Part shown: one piece after another, positions 31,520-43,360 of the stretch | Position numbering within the stretch: the stretch's first letter is position 1 | Layout: the number at the start of each line of letters is the position of its first letter | From: an uncultured Deinococcaceae bacterium | Lineage (GTDB): Bacteria; Deinococcota; Deinococci; Deinococcales; Deinococcaceae | Direction of reading: 5' to 3' | NCBI GenBank assembly: GCA_964252075.1 | Contig: CAXULY010000001.1 | Location: 337,237-401,236, forward strand | DNA: 64,000 nt | Notes under the pieces: generated by a model | Databases searched by the model: none | The model's input: only the letters and a program-made list of their open reading frames with translations | Told to the model about the DNA's origin: nothing | Position numbers and translations under genes: made by a program

Positions 31520-33175
31520 CTATTCCAGGGCTTCGAGGCGGCGCGCGCCCCACGCGAGGGGCGCCCACGTGCCCAGCACCGTCACGAGCAGCCAGCCCGC
31601 GAGGCCCAGCACGCCCGCGAGGGTGGCGTAGGCGCTCAGGCCGGGGTACTGGGTGGGCAGGAGCACCGCGAGGGACGCCGCACGCGCCAGCAGCAGCAGT
31701 TGCAGCACGCTGAACAGCAGGCTGAGCCCCATGAACAGCAGGCCGCCCGGCGACAGGCCGATCTCGGCGGGGTTGTCCGCCGTGAAGCGCGGCAGGGCGG
31801 CGCCGAGGCCCACCCCGAGGGCCGTGATGACCAGCGCGCCCGACACGCTCACGAGGACGCCCGCGAGCGTCACGGCGGCACTCAGGTGCAGGGTGCGGGA
31901 CGCGGCGAGCCCCAGGCCGAGCGCCATGATGAGCGTGACGGGCAGCACGCCCAGGTACTTCGCGCGCAGCACCGACCACGCGCTGATGGGGCCCGTGCGC
32001 AGCCACCAGTACGCGCGGCCCTCCAGCGACACCGCCGGGAACGCGAGGCGCACGCCGACGCCCGCGATCACGAAGCCCTGGAAGGCCAGCTGGATGTACC
32101 CCACCACGTCCGCGAACTGCGGGGTGAGGGTCGGCACGCCGCGCAGGCTCACGAGGTACACGCCCGCCAGCGCGACCAGCACCAGCAGCTGACTCCACTG
32201 CGTGGGGTCGCGCTGCGCGAGGCGGAAGTCCTTCAGCGCGATGAGCGCGCCCGGACCCAGCCGCAGGGCCAGCCGCTCAAGCGGGGTTGAGGGGCGCGCG
32301 GTGGGGTCGAGGCGCGGTCGGCTGGATTCCAGGCCGCGCGCCCAGCCCGCCTGGTACGCGTGCGACGCCAGCCACGTGGCGCCTGCCAGCACGAGCGCCG
32401 AGCCGGTCAGCAGAGGCAGCAGCCACACGCTGAGGTGCCCGCCTGCCGCCGCCCACACGGTCTCCGACGCCCAGGAGGACGGCAGCAGCGGAGCTTGCGG
32501 CGCACCGAAGCGGTGCAGCAGCTGATCCAGGCCGCCGGGCTCCTGCGCCTCGCGCAGCAGCACCTCGGGGCGCGCCGCGCGGATGACGAACACCAGCGCC
32601 GCGCTCATGATCACGCCGAGCGCCGTGGCGACCTCGCGCACGCGGCTGAGCGGCGCGACGCGCATCAAGGCCACCGCGAGCGCGCACCCCAGTCCGACCG
32701 GCAGGGCGTACGCGAGGAGCGCCGCGAGTGCCGCGAGCGGGTAGAACCATCCTGGCGCGCGCGCGTTCACGCCGAGCGCCAGGAGCAGCGGCAGCGTGAG
32801 GGCGCTGGCGACCAGGGCGGTGTTCAGGAAGGTCTCGGTGACCTTCAGCGCGAACACGCGGCCCGGGCGGATGGGGAGCGCCAGCAGGAAGTTCAGGTCC
32901 TCGCTGAGGTACAGGGTCTGGATGGCGACTGTGACGGCGCTGAACGCCACGCCCGCCGCGAGGACCGTGAGGGCCGTGTCCAGCAGGCGCCGCGCGACGG
33001 CGAGGCCCACCTCACCGAAGCCCGCGAGGAAGTGCAGGCCGCGCAGCGCGCCCCACACCTCCAGCGCGACGAGCGCCGCCCCGAGCACCGTCAGCAGCGC
33101 GGTCGCCCAGGGCGGCGAGCGCCGCACGGCGTTCATGAGGGCGCGCGCCTTCAGGGCCGTGAGGCTGGCCGTCAC
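31520..33175 (-). CDS. ABC exporter permease
   Basis: Multi-TM; LYLSEDLNFLLALP, KDFRLAQRDP, PAVSLEGRAYWWLRTGP; overlaps the ATPase stop. Confidence 0.85.
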   Translation of the reverse strand: MTASLTALKARALMNAVRRSPPWATALLTVLGAALVALEVWGALRGLHFLAGFGEVGLAVARRLLDTALTVLAAGVAFSAVTVAIQTLYLSEDLNFLLALPIRPGRVFALKVTETFLNTALVASALTLPLLLALGVNARAPGWFYPLAALAALLAYALPVGLGCALAVALMRVAPLSRVREVATALGVIMSAALVFVIRAARPEVLLREAQEPGGLDQLLHRFGAPQAPLLPSSWASETVWAAAGGHLSVWLLPLLTGSALVLAGATWLASHAYQAGWARGLESSRPRLDPTARPSTPLERLALRLGPGALIALKDFRLAQRDPTQWSQLLVLVALAGVYLVSLRGVPTLTPQFADVVGYIQLAFQGFVIAGVGVRLAFPAVSLEGRAYWWLRTGPISAWSVLRAKYLGVLPVTLIMALGLGLAASRTLHLSAAVTLAGVLVSVSGALVITALGVGLGAALPRFTADNPAEIGLSPGGLLFMGLSLLFSVLQLLLLARAASLAVLLPTQYPGLSAYATLAGVLGLAGWLLVTVLGTWAPLAWGARRLEALE

Positions 33176-33945
33176 GCCGTGGCTTCCAGGGCCTGCACGC
33201 GCTGGCGTTCGGCCTCCTCGTCCTCCAGCAGGCGGAAGAACACGCGCTCCAGGCTGTCGCCCTCCACGCCGCCCGCGCGGGTGCCCGTGCGGGCGCGCAG
33301 TTCATTCAGGGTGCCGAGGCCCAGCACGCGCCCGCGGTCCAGCACCAGGATGCGGTCCGCGACGCTCTCCGCGAGCGGCAGGCTGTGCGTGGTGAGCAGC
33401 ACCGTGCCGCCCCGGTCCGCGAAGTCGCGCAGCAGTTCCCGCACCTGCTTGGCGGCGCGCGGGTCGAGGCCCACCATGGGTTCGTCCACCACCAGCACGC
33501 GCGGTTCGGGCAGCAGCGCCGCAATGATGGTGAGTTTCTGGCGCATGCCGTGGCTGTACGTCTCCGTGAGTTCGTTCCCGAAGGGCGTCAGGCCGAAGAA
33601 CGCCAGCCAGCGCTCGGTGTCCGCCGCACGGTCCTGGCCGTGCAGGCCCGCGATGAAGCGCAGCACCTCGCGGCCCGTAAGCTTCCCGTACAGGTACGGG
33701 CGGTCCGGGATGTACCCCAGGCTGGCCTTCGCGGCGAGCGGCGCGCGCCACACGTCATGGCCGTTCACGCGCACCTCGCCGCCGGTGGGCCGCGTGAGGC
33801 CCACCATGGCGCGGATGGTGGTGGTCTTGCCCGCACCGTTCGGGCCGAGCAGCGCGAAGATCTCGCCGGGCCGCGCGTTGAAACTCACGTCCTGCACGGC
33901 CACGTGCCGCCCGAAGCGCTTGTGGTAGTGCTTCACCTCAATCAT
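33172..33945 (-). CDS. ABC transporter ATP-binding protein
   Basis: [30 protein letters not shown]. Confidence 0.92.
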   Translation of the reverse strand: MIEVKHYHKRFGRHVAVQDVSFNARPGEIFALLGPNGAGKTTTIRAMVGLTRPTGGEVRVNGHDVWRAPLAAKASLGYIPDRPYLYGKLTGREVLRFIAGLHGQDRAADTERWLAFFGLTPFGNELTETYSHGMRQKLTIIAALLPEPRVLVVDEPMVGLDPRAAKQVRELLRDFADRGGTVLLTTHSLPLAESVADRILVLDRGRVLGLGTLNELRARTGTRAGGVEGDSLERVFFRLLEDEEAERQRVQALEATA

Positions 33946-34018
33946 GCATCCGAGTGTAGGCGCCACGCTCTTGCACGGCCCTTACCGTCCGCGCGCCGCA
34001 GGCTCTACCATCTTCCCT

Positions 34019-34915
34019 ATGCAACGCCCCCTGAACATCCTGTCCATTCAGTCCTGGGTCGCGTACGGTCACGTCGGCAACGCGGCGGCGGTCTTTCCGC
34101 TGCAGCGCCTGGGGTTCGAGGTGTGGTCCATCAACACCGTGCAGTTCTCGAACCACACCGGGTACGGCGCGTGGCGCGGGCAGGTGTTCGCGCCCGAGGG
34201 CATCGCGGACCTCGTGGAGGGCATCGCGGAGCGCGGGGCGCTCGCGGACTGCGACGCGGTCCTCTCGGGCTACATGGGGTCGGCGGGCACCGCGCAGGCC
34301 ATCCTGTCCGCCGTGGCGCGCGTGCGGGCCGTGAACGCGGCGGCGCTGTACTGCTGCGACCCCGTGATGGGGGACGTGGGGCGCGGGGTGTTCGTTGCGG
34401 CGGACATTCCGGACGTGATGCGCGCACAGGCGGTGCCGCAGGCGGACCTCGTGACGCCCAACCAGTTCGAGCTGGAGCTCCTCACGGGCCGCGAGGTGCG
34501 CACCCTCGCGGACGCGCTCGCCGCGGCGCACGTGCTGCGCGCCTCACTGCGCGCGGGGGGGCCGCGCATCGTGCTGGTCACCAGCCTCGTGCGGACCGAA
34601 CCGGAACTGGACGCCGCGCAGGAAGACGGCATCGAGACGCTGGCCGTCACGGGGGACGGCGCGTGGCTGGTGCGCACGCCGCTCATCCCCATGGACCCGC
34701 CGCGCAACGGCACGGGCGACGCCATCGCGGCGCTGTTCTTCGGGCATTACCTGAAGTCGCGGGACGTGGCGGGCAGCCTCAGCCGCGCGGTGAGCGCGCT
34801 GTACAACCTGCTGGACCTCACGCAGCAGATGGGCACCCGCGAGATCCAGCTGGTGGCCGCGCAGGACGAGTTCGCGCAGCCCAGCCGCATGTTCGGCGCC
34901 GTGCAGGTCGAGTAG
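34019..34915 (+). CDS. pdxY: Pyridoxal kinase
   Basis: [41 protein letters not shown]. Confidence 0.93.
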   Translation: MQRPLNILSIQSWVAYGHVGNAAAVFPLQRLGFEVWSINTVQFSNHTGYGAWRGQVFAPEGIADLVEGIAERGALADCDAVLSGYMGSAGTAQAILSAVARVRAVNAAALYCCDPVMGDVGRGVFVAADIPDVMRAQAVPQADLVTPNQFELELLTGREVRTLADALAAAHVLRASLRAGGPRIVLVTSLVRTEPELDAAQEDGIETLAVTGDGAWLVRTPLIPMDPPRNGTGDAIAALFFGHYLKSRDVAGSLSRAVSALYNLLDLTQQMGTREIQLVAAQDEFAQPSRMFGAVQVE

Positions 34916-34938
34916 GGCGCGGGCGCCCCGCGCCGCCG

Positions 34939-35088
34939 TCAGCCATCCTCGTCGTCCGGCTCCGGTTCCGGGCGCAGTTCGGCGTGCAGGCGCTCGCGTT
35001 CCTCGCTGGGCGTGGGGTTGTCGCGCGTCTCGGAGATCACCACTTCGGCCTCGTGCGGCTCGGGCGGTTCAGGCTGACGGTCGGTCAT
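34939..35088 (-). CDS. Unannotated 49-aa acidic protein MTDRQPEPPEPHEAEVVISETRDNPTPSEERERLHAELRPEPEPDDEDG
   Basis: GAAAGGAAG SD; GC3-rich codons; lies 21 nt after the DUF402 stop. Confidence 0.65.
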   Translation of the reverse strand: MTDRQPEPPEPHEAEVVISETRDNPTPSEERERLHAELRPEPEPDDEDG

Positions 35089-35109
35089 GGTTCTTCCTTT
35101 CGCGGGCGG

Positions 35110-35634
35110 TCAGCCGCGCGCCAGCAGTGCGGGGCGCGGCACGTCGGGCCACTCCAGCGTCACGCCGGACTCCGCGAGCCACGCGTTCACGTCGTAGTGG
35201 TGCCGGGCGAGGCCGTTCAGGACGCGGTGCAGGGACTCCACCGCCTGCAGCGCCTCCCCCTGCTCAATCAGTCCCGCGTGCACCGACGCGACGAGTTCGT
35301 CGGTGTCCACAATCTCGGCGCGCAGGCCGCCCCACACCAGCACGTCGAGGTAATGGTCGCGCAGCTCCCACACCGCGCCAGAGCGCGTGATGCGCGCGAT
35401 GTCGATGTAGTAATCGAAGGGCCGCCCCGCATGCAGGGTGTAGCGGCACACCTGCACGCCGAGGGCGGGCAGCAGGTGCGCCTGCCAGTACGCGATGCGC
35501 GGGTGCTGGGTGAAAGGGCGGGCGACGAAGAGGCCGTGCGGGTGTTCCTGATAGACGTCCACGGGCCGGTCGCCCGTGTTGGTGTGATGCATCCGCGCCG
35601 CCGTGTCGTGCCGTTCCACCTTGACCGCATGCAT
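35110..35634 (-). CDS. DUF402-family protein
   Basis: YYIDIA, DHYLDV, IVDTDEL motifs; TACGCT 5 nt before ATG. Confidence 0.8.
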   Translation of the reverse strand: MHAVKVERHDTAARMHHTNTGDRPVDVYQEHPHGLFVARPFTQHPRIAYWQAHLLPALGVQVCRYTLHAGRPFDYYIDIARITRSGAVWELRDHYLDVLVWGGLRAEIVDTDELVASVHAGLIEQGEALQAVESLHRVLNGLARHHYDVNAWLAESGVTLEWPDVPRPALLARG

Positions 35635-35710
35635 GGTTCAGCGTACAGGCTGCCGCCGCCGGGGAGGGTGAGCTCCGATGAGATTCGCGTGGTGATGCGG
35701 CGCGGCCCGC

Positions 35711-38242
<2,532 letters not shown>

Positions 38243-38304
38243 AACGAGCCAGTGTAGCGGGCAGGCGCGGGGTCGGGCGTGCTGTGCGTCACATCATGGG
38301 ACGG

Positions 38305-38586
38305 TCACCCGGCGTCCAGCGCCCGCTTGAGCGCGGGCACGCCGCCTGGGTAGTGCGTGGCGCGCACGCCGTCCGCCTGCAGGTACCGCGCGGCGAGCGG
38401 CGAGCGGACGCCGCGCTCGCACACCACCACGACCTCGCCCGTCAGGTTGTGCTGGCCGTTCTCGATGGCGTCCAGACTGAGGGGTGTGACCGGGTTGGGG
38501 AGCAGTTTCTCCAGCGGTTCGCGGAAGCGCAGTTCGGCGGCGCGCAGGTCCACGACGGTGACGCCAGCGGGGATGGGGGCGCTCAT
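38305..38586 (-). CDS. Rhodanese-like protein
   Basis: VVDLR, VCERGVRS, YPGG; TATCCT 6 nt before ATG. Confidence 0.85.
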   Translation of the reverse strand: MSAPIPAGVTVVDLRAAELRFREPLEKLLPNPVTPLSLDAIENGQHNLTGEVVVVCERGVRSPLAARYLQADGVRATHYPGGVPALKRALDAG

Positions 38587-38651
38587 GCCCGCAGGATAAG
38601 GCGGACCGCCGACCACATTGCCGACTCCCGCACTCAGGTATGCTGATGCGC

Positions 38652-38969
38652 ATGGATGAAGTGACGCCCACCGAAGGCCAGCGGCGCGTGCAGGCGGGAG
38701 CCCTGCTCGTGGATGTGCGCGAGCCGAACGAGTACACCGAGGTGCACGCCGAGGGCGCGCGCCTGATGCCGCTCTCGACGTTCGAGCAGACGTACGCGGA
38801 GTTGCCGCAGGACCAGGAGATCGTGCTGATCTGCCGCAGCGGGGCGCGCAGCGCGCGCGCGGGCGAGTTCCTGCTGGAGCGCGGGTACAGCAAGGTCACG
38901 AACCTCGCGGGCGGCACGAACGCGTGGGTGGCGGACGGCCTCCCGAACGTGCAGGGGGACGCGCCGTGA
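38652..38969 (+). CDS. Rhodanese-like protein
   Basis: VDVREPNEY, ICRSGARS, NLAGGTNAW; TATGCT 7 nt before ATG. Confidence 0.9.
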   Translation: MDEVTPTEGQRRVQAGALLVDVREPNEYTEVHAEGARLMPLSTFEQTYAELPQDQEIVLICRSGARSARAGEFLLERGYSKVTNLAGGTNAWVADGLPNVQGDAP

Positions 38970-39301
38970 CGGACGTGACCCAGTTGCAGCCGACCGAGGA
39001 GCAGGTGCGGGAGGCCCTGAAGGTCGTCAAGGACCCCGAGATTCCCGTGAACGTCGTGGACCTCGGCCTGATTTACGGCGTGGACATCCAGCCGGAGGGC
39101 GTGATTGACATCACCATGACGCTCACCGCGGTGGGCTGCCCCGTGCAGGACCTGATCCGCAGTGACGCGGAGATGGCCGTGATGCGCCTGGATGGCGTGA
39201 ATCAGGTGAACGTGGAGTTCGTGTGGACGCCGCCGTGGGGTCCGGACAAGATGACAGAGGACGGCAAGCGCCAGATGCGCATGTTCGGCTTCAACGTCTG
39301 A
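38966..39301 (+). CDS. Metal-sulfur cluster assembly factor (SufT/DUF59)
   Basis: VKDPEIPVNVVDLGLIY, MTLTAVGCP, PPW. Confidence 0.9.
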   Translation: MTDVTQLQPTEEQVREALKVVKDPEIPVNVVDLGLIYGVDIQPEGVIDITMTLTAVGCPVQDLIRSDAEMAVMRLDGVNQVNVEFVWTPPWGPDKMTEDGKRQMRMFGFNV

Positions 39302-39310
39302 GCACCACGC

Positions 39311-39342
39311 TGGGGGCGCGCGTCCATGGACGCGCGCCCCCA
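39311..39342. terminator. Perfect 32-bp palindrome between convergent genes
   Basis: TGGGGGCGCGCGTCCATGGACGCGCGCCCCCA. Confidence 0.6.
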
Positions 39343-39343
39343 C

Positions 39344-40126
39344 TCATGCCGGGCCCTTGCGGGCGCGCAGGGCCAGCAGCGTGGGAATGTCGGGGTTGAC
39401 GGGCGCGCCCTCCACCTCGGCGCGGCGCTGCAGGGCGGGCGTGAGGGGGAGTTCCCGCAGGGCCTCCACGCTGAGGCCCGCCTGGAACAGCGCGTGCACG
39501 TAGTCCTGGAGGGGGCGGTGGAAGCTGAGGGTACGTGCGTGCGGCGGGCCGGACGGCACGCTGAGCGCGCTGAGGTAGCGGTCGATGCGGCGGTGGTGCA
39601 GCTTGCGCGCGCCGTCCCAGCCCCAGCCGCTGTGGCGCGGCACGCGGAAGCACGGGTGCGTGAGCACCGCGACGAGCGCGCCGCCGGGCCGCAGGACGCC
39701 CGCCGCTTCCCGCAGGATGGTGTCGAGCGGCTGCATGTCCTGCAGGCTGAACAGGAAGGTCACGGCGTCGTAGGGCGCGTCGCCCTGGCATTCGGCGCGC
39801 AGGTGGCGGGCGTCCCCGACCCGGAAGCGGCCGTGCGCGCCATGCTGGCGCCGCGCCTCGCAGATCATGTGGGGGCTCAGGTCCAGGCCGGTGTACGTGA
39901 CGCCGAGGCGCGCGAGGGGCCGGGCGGGCACGCCCGGGCCGCAGCCCACGTCGAGGACGCGCTCGCCGGGCCGCGCGTGCAGCAGGTCCAAGAGGGCGGG
40001 GAGGGCGAGGTGGCGGTGGTACTGGTGACCGCGCGCGCCGACCATGCCCACGTACCAGCTGGCGTCGTTCCAGGACGTGCTGGTGTGGGCGATTTGGCGG
40101 CGCGGTCCTGAGGCAGGATGGCGCAT
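39344..40126 (-). CDS. Class I SAM-dependent methyltransferase
   Basis: VLDVGCGPG, GLDLSP, GDA, LRPGG, HPCFR; GGGAG SD. Confidence 0.88.
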   Translation of the reverse strand: MRHPASGPRRQIAHTSTSWNDASWYVGMVGARGHQYHRHLALPALLDLLHARPGERVLDVGCGPGVPARPLARLGVTYTGLDLSPHMICEARRQHGAHGRFRVGDARHLRAECQGDAPYDAVTFLFSLQDMQPLDTILREAAGVLRPGGALVAVLTHPCFRVPRHSGWGWDGARKLHHRRIDRYLSALSVPSGPPHARTLSFHRPLQDYVHALFQAGLSVEALRELPLTPALQRRAEVEGAPVNPDIPTLLALRARKGPA

Positions 40127-40196
40127 GGGGGCTCCCGTGAGGCAGGGCGGCGAGCGGTCATGCCGGGACGCAAGCGGCCCGGCGGGCTTCGACGGC

Positions 40197-40235
40197 TCAG
40201 CGGCGGTTGCGTATCACGAGGGCTCCGCAGGTCAT
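40197..40235 (-). other. Candidate leader peptide MTCGALVIRNRR (or MIRNRR from GTG 40217)
   Basis: TAAGCT -10 upstream; GGAG 5 nt before the GTG; coding RNA complementary to the methyltransferase SD region. Confidence 0.45.
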
Positions 40236-40265
40236 GGGTGAGGTCAGCTTAACGGGCGCGGTGCC

Positions 40266-40297
40266 GGGCGCCCTCCGCCAGATGGCGGAGGGCGCCC
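40266..40297 (-). terminator. Strong hairpin ending the MFS/small-gene transcript
   Basis: GGGCGCCCTCCGCCA-ga-TGGCGGAGGGCGCCC. Confidence 0.6.
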
Positions 40298-40329
40298 TCG
40301 GGCAACTCGGGTCTTGCCGTCGCGTGCGC

Positions 40330-40547
40330 TCAGTGGTACTCGACGGTTTCCCGTACGACGCGCGCGACCTCTTCCCACCGCGCAGCAGCCGCGAGCGCAC
40401 GCGCGGGTCGTGCGCTTCGGGCTGCCACGTGCCGCCCGGCTGGTGCCGGGCGGCGGCGCGCTGGGCGGCGCCGAGCGTCTGCGCGAAGTGCACGCGGGCG
40501 TAGCCGGTGGGCTGGCGGACTTCCAGCACGTACACGATCTGCACCAC
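40330..40547 (-). pseudogene. Small hypothetical gene with a probable 1-nt frameshift (or sequencing error)
   Basis: MVQIVYVLEV...LLRGG continues in the shifted frame as EEVARVVRETVEYH*; the shift falls at GGTGGG 40379-40374. Confidence 0.55.
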
Positions 40548-40549
40548 GG

Positions 40550-41761
40550 TCAGTCGCCGGGCGTGACCTGCAGGCTGGGGCGCAGCGCGAACAGCGACAC
40601 CAGCAGCAGCACCAGCAGCAGCGCGCCGCTGAAGAGGTACGGGCCGCCCACCGAGACCTTCTGGTACAGGCCCGTGCCGATCAGGGGGCCCGCCATGCGG
40701 CCGAGCGCGAGGGCGCTGGAGTTCAGGCCCGCCACCTGTCCCTGGCCGCGCTCGCCGACCGCGAGGGACAGGCCCGCGGAGAGGCTCGGGCCGAGGATGG
40801 CGCTGCCCACCCCGACGAGCGCGAGGGCGCCCGTGATGGTCCAGAAGGTGTGCCCGGCGGGCACGAGCAGCATCCCGATGCCCATCACGAGCAGGCCCAC
40901 GGGGATGAGGGCGCTGGGCGAGACGCGCTTGCTGAGGGGCCGGATGGCGCCGCCCTGCACGGCCGCCGAGAGGAACCCGAAGACCGAGAGCATGATGCCC
41001 ACGGTGCGCGCTGTGCGGTCGGGGTTGAGGTGCAGGGTGTCCCCGACGTAGAAGCCGATGGTCTGCTCCATGCCGACGCTCGCGAGGGTGTAGAGCGCGC
41101 TCACGGCGAGGAACACCAGGATGGGGCCCTGGCGCAGCAGGGCGGCGCGGTCCGGTCCCGCCTCGCGCGCGGCGCCCTCGCGGCGCGTCTCGGGCAGCAG
41201 GAAGGCCGCGGCGAGCGCGGTCACGAGGCCGAGGGCGGCGCTGAAGTACACGGGCACGACGAGCCCGAAGCGGCTGAGGCCCGCCCCGATGGCGGGGCCG
41301 AACACCACGCCAAGGCCGAAGGCCGCGCCAATGAGGCCCATCGCGGCGGCGCGGTTGCCTCGGTCAGAGAGGTCCGCCATGGCGGCCTGCGCGGTGGGGA
41401 GGGTGGCGCTGGAGAGCGCGCCGCCGATGAGCCGCGTGGCGACGAGCAGGGCGAACAGCGTGAAGCCCGCGAGGACGTGCCGCTGCCCGAGCGTCGCGAA
41501 CACCGCGAAGAGCCCGAAGGACACCGAGAAGCCGATGAGGCCCGTGATGAGCACGGGTTTGCGGCCCACGCGTTCGCTGCGGGCGCCCCAGATGGGCGCC
41601 ATGATGAACTGCGCGAGGCTGTAGGCGGTCGAGAACCACCCGGCCTGCGTTTCGGTGAGGCCGAGTTCGCGGGCGAGTGGCGCGATGATCGGGAAGAGCA
41701 CCGACAGGCCCAGCATGGCCACGAAAATGGTGAGGAACAAAATGAGTTGGGGACGTCGCAT
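40550..41761 (-). CDS. MFS drug:H+ antiporter (TetA/DHA1-like)
   Basis: [12 protein letters not shown] motif [19 protein letters not shown] motif C, ~12 TM. Confidence 0.88.
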   Translation of the reverse strand: MRRPQLILFLTIFVAMLGLSVLFPIIAPLARELGLTETQAGWFSTAYSLAQFIMAPIWGARSERVGRKPVLITGLIGFSVSFGLFAVFATLGQRHVLAGFTLFALLVATRLIGGALSSATLPTAQAAMADLSDRGNRAAAMGLIGAAFGLGVVFGPAIGAGLSRFGLVVPVYFSAALGLVTALAAAFLLPETRREGAAREAGPDRAALLRQGPILVFLAVSALYTLASVGMEQTIGFYVGDTLHLNPDRTARTVGIMLSVFGFLSAAVQGGAIRPLSKRVSPSALIPVGLLVMGIGMLLVPAGHTFWTITGALALVGVGSAILGPSLSAGLSLAVGERGQGQVAGLNSSALALGRMAGPLIGTGLYQKVSVGGPYLFSGALLLVLLLVSLFALRPSLQVTPGD

Positions 41762-41807
41762 TCTTGCGTGCACCGGCTGCCTCCGTCAGCGTCAATCTAA
41801 CGCAAAT

Positions 41808-41821
41808 TGACCGAGCGGTCA
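41808..41821. promoter_or_regulatory. TetR-like operator candidate upstream of the MFS gene
   Basis: TGACCG-ag-CGGTCA perfect inverted repeat ~47 nt upstream of the ATG. Confidence 0.5.
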
Positions 41822-41879
41822 GGGACGAGGTTACAGAGTGAGGTCATGCCAGCCGCCATCCAGAGTGCCCACGTGGCCA

Positions 41880-41908
41880 TTGTCACGCTTGGGCTCTGCC
41901 CCTATAAT
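41880..41908 (+). promoter_or_regulatory. Sigma70 promoter of the mal operon
   Basis: TTGTCA-N17-TATAAT. Confidence 0.75.
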
Positions 41909-42006
41909 GCCTTCGCACTCGGCCCTTCAGACCACCCCAGCGCAGCGCTGGTCGCATCCGCAACTCTGCTCCGCAGGGCTTGGCACCGCAGGCGTGGCGG
42001 GTAATT

Positions 42007-42021
42007 TGGAAGCGTTTCCCA
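42007..42021. promoter_or_regulatory. LacI/MalR-type operator
   Basis: TGGAAGCGTTTCCCA (central CG near-palindrome) just before the malE SD. Confidence 0.6.
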
Positions 42022-42037
42022 TCCCAAGGAGATGAGC

Positions 42038-43231
42038 ATGAAAAAAGCACTCGGACTGACCGTTCTCTCGCTGGCCCTGCTGGGCAGCGCCTCCGCGCAG
42101 CAGGCCAACCTCACCATCTGGACGCACTTCGACGGACCTGAAGGCGCCTGGCTCAAGAGTCAGGTCGCGGCCTGGGCCAGCAAGAACGGCGCCAGCGTTC
42201 AGGTCGTGAACGTGCCCTTCGCGCAGCTGTCCGACAAGTTCATTCAGTCCGCCCCGAAGGGTCAAGGCCCGGACCTCGTGGTCACGCAGCCGCACGACCG
42301 CCTCGGCCAGCTGGCCGCCGCGGGCGTCGTGGAGCCCATGGACAAGTACATCGTGAGCAAGGCGGACCTGCAGAAGGTCGCGCTGGACGCCATGACGTAC
42401 CGCGGGAAGCTCTTCGGGCTGCCCATGTTCGCGGAGGCCGTCGCCGTCGTGTACAACAAGGCGCTCGTCCCGAACTTCCCCACCACCTGGGACGGCTTCA
42501 TCAAGGCGGCGCAGCAGAACACCGGGAACGGCAAGTTCGGCTTCCTGACGGACCTCGCGAACGCCTACCAGAACTACGGCGTGATCAGCGCGTACGGCGG
42601 GTACGTCTTCAAAAACAACGGCGGCACCCTCGACGTGAAGAACGTCGGCATCGGGAACGCGGGCGCGCAGAAGGCCATGGCCCTTTTGAACGATCTGCGC
42701 TACAAGTACAACCTGATTCCTGAGGGCGTGAACGGCGACGCCGCCAAGAGCGCGTTCGTGAGCGGGCGCCTCGCGATGTACCTCACCGGCCCGTGGGACA
42801 TGGGCGACATCAAGAAGACGAACGTGCAGTGGGGCATCGCGAACCTCCCCACCCCTCCCGGCGCGGCGAACAAGTGGAGCCCCTTCGTGGGCGTGCAGGG
42901 CATCATGATGTCCAGCTACAGCAAGAACAAGGTGAAGGCCGCGGCGCTCGCCAAGGCGCTCGTCACCAGTGACGCGCAGGTGGGCTTCAACAAGGCGGGC
43001 GGCCGCATTCCCGTCAGCAAGGCCGCGCTCGTGAAGCTCAAGAGCGACCCGGTCGTGACGGGCTTCTCCAAGGCCATCGCGGTCGGCACGCCCATGCCGA
43101 ACGTGCCGGAGATGGGCGCCGTGTGGGGCCCCTGGACGAACGCCGTGACGCAGAGCACCGCGAAGCCCACCCCGAACTACCAGCAGATCCTGGACTCCGC
43201 CACCAAGGAGATCAACTCCAACATCAAGTAA
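42038..43231 (+). CDS. malE: Maltose/maltodextrin ABC substrate-binding protein
   Basis: Signal peptide; GQGPDL...HDRLG, TGPW, PFVGV, PMPNVPEMGAVW (alternative start 42032). Confidence 0.9.
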   Translation: MKKALGLTVLSLALLGSASAQQANLTIWTHFDGPEGAWLKSQVAAWASKNGASVQVVNVPFAQLSDKFIQSAPKGQGPDLVVTQPHDRLGQLAAAGVVEPMDKYIVSKADLQKVALDAMTYRGKLFGLPMFAEAVAVVYNKALVPNFPTTWDGFIKAAQQNTGNGKFGFLTDLANAYQNYGVISAYGGYVFKNNGGTLDVKNVGIGNAGAQKAMALLNDLRYKYNLIPEGVNGDAAKSAFVSGRLAMYLTGPWDMGDIKKTNVQWGIANLPTPPGAANKWSPFVGVQGIMMSSYSKNKVKAAALAKALVTSDAQVGFNKAGGRIPVSKAALVKLKSDPVVTGFSKAIAVGTPMPNVPEMGAVWGPWTNAVTQSTAKPTPNYQQILDSATKEINSNIK

Positions 43232-43360
43232 GGCCCCGGTCACGGGCGCCCTGCCCCCACTGCGCCCGGACGGGAGACCTTTCCCTCCGGGCGCCTGTCA
43301 TGCGTGCGCCCGCACCGCCCCAATCCGCCGCGCCCCACCCCAGCCGAGGAGGCCACACCC

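Noticed and set aside
39311..39342. GC-rich intergenic palindromes as a REP/MITE family
   Set aside because: The sequences differ from each other and sit at gene 3' ends, consistent with ordinary terminators.
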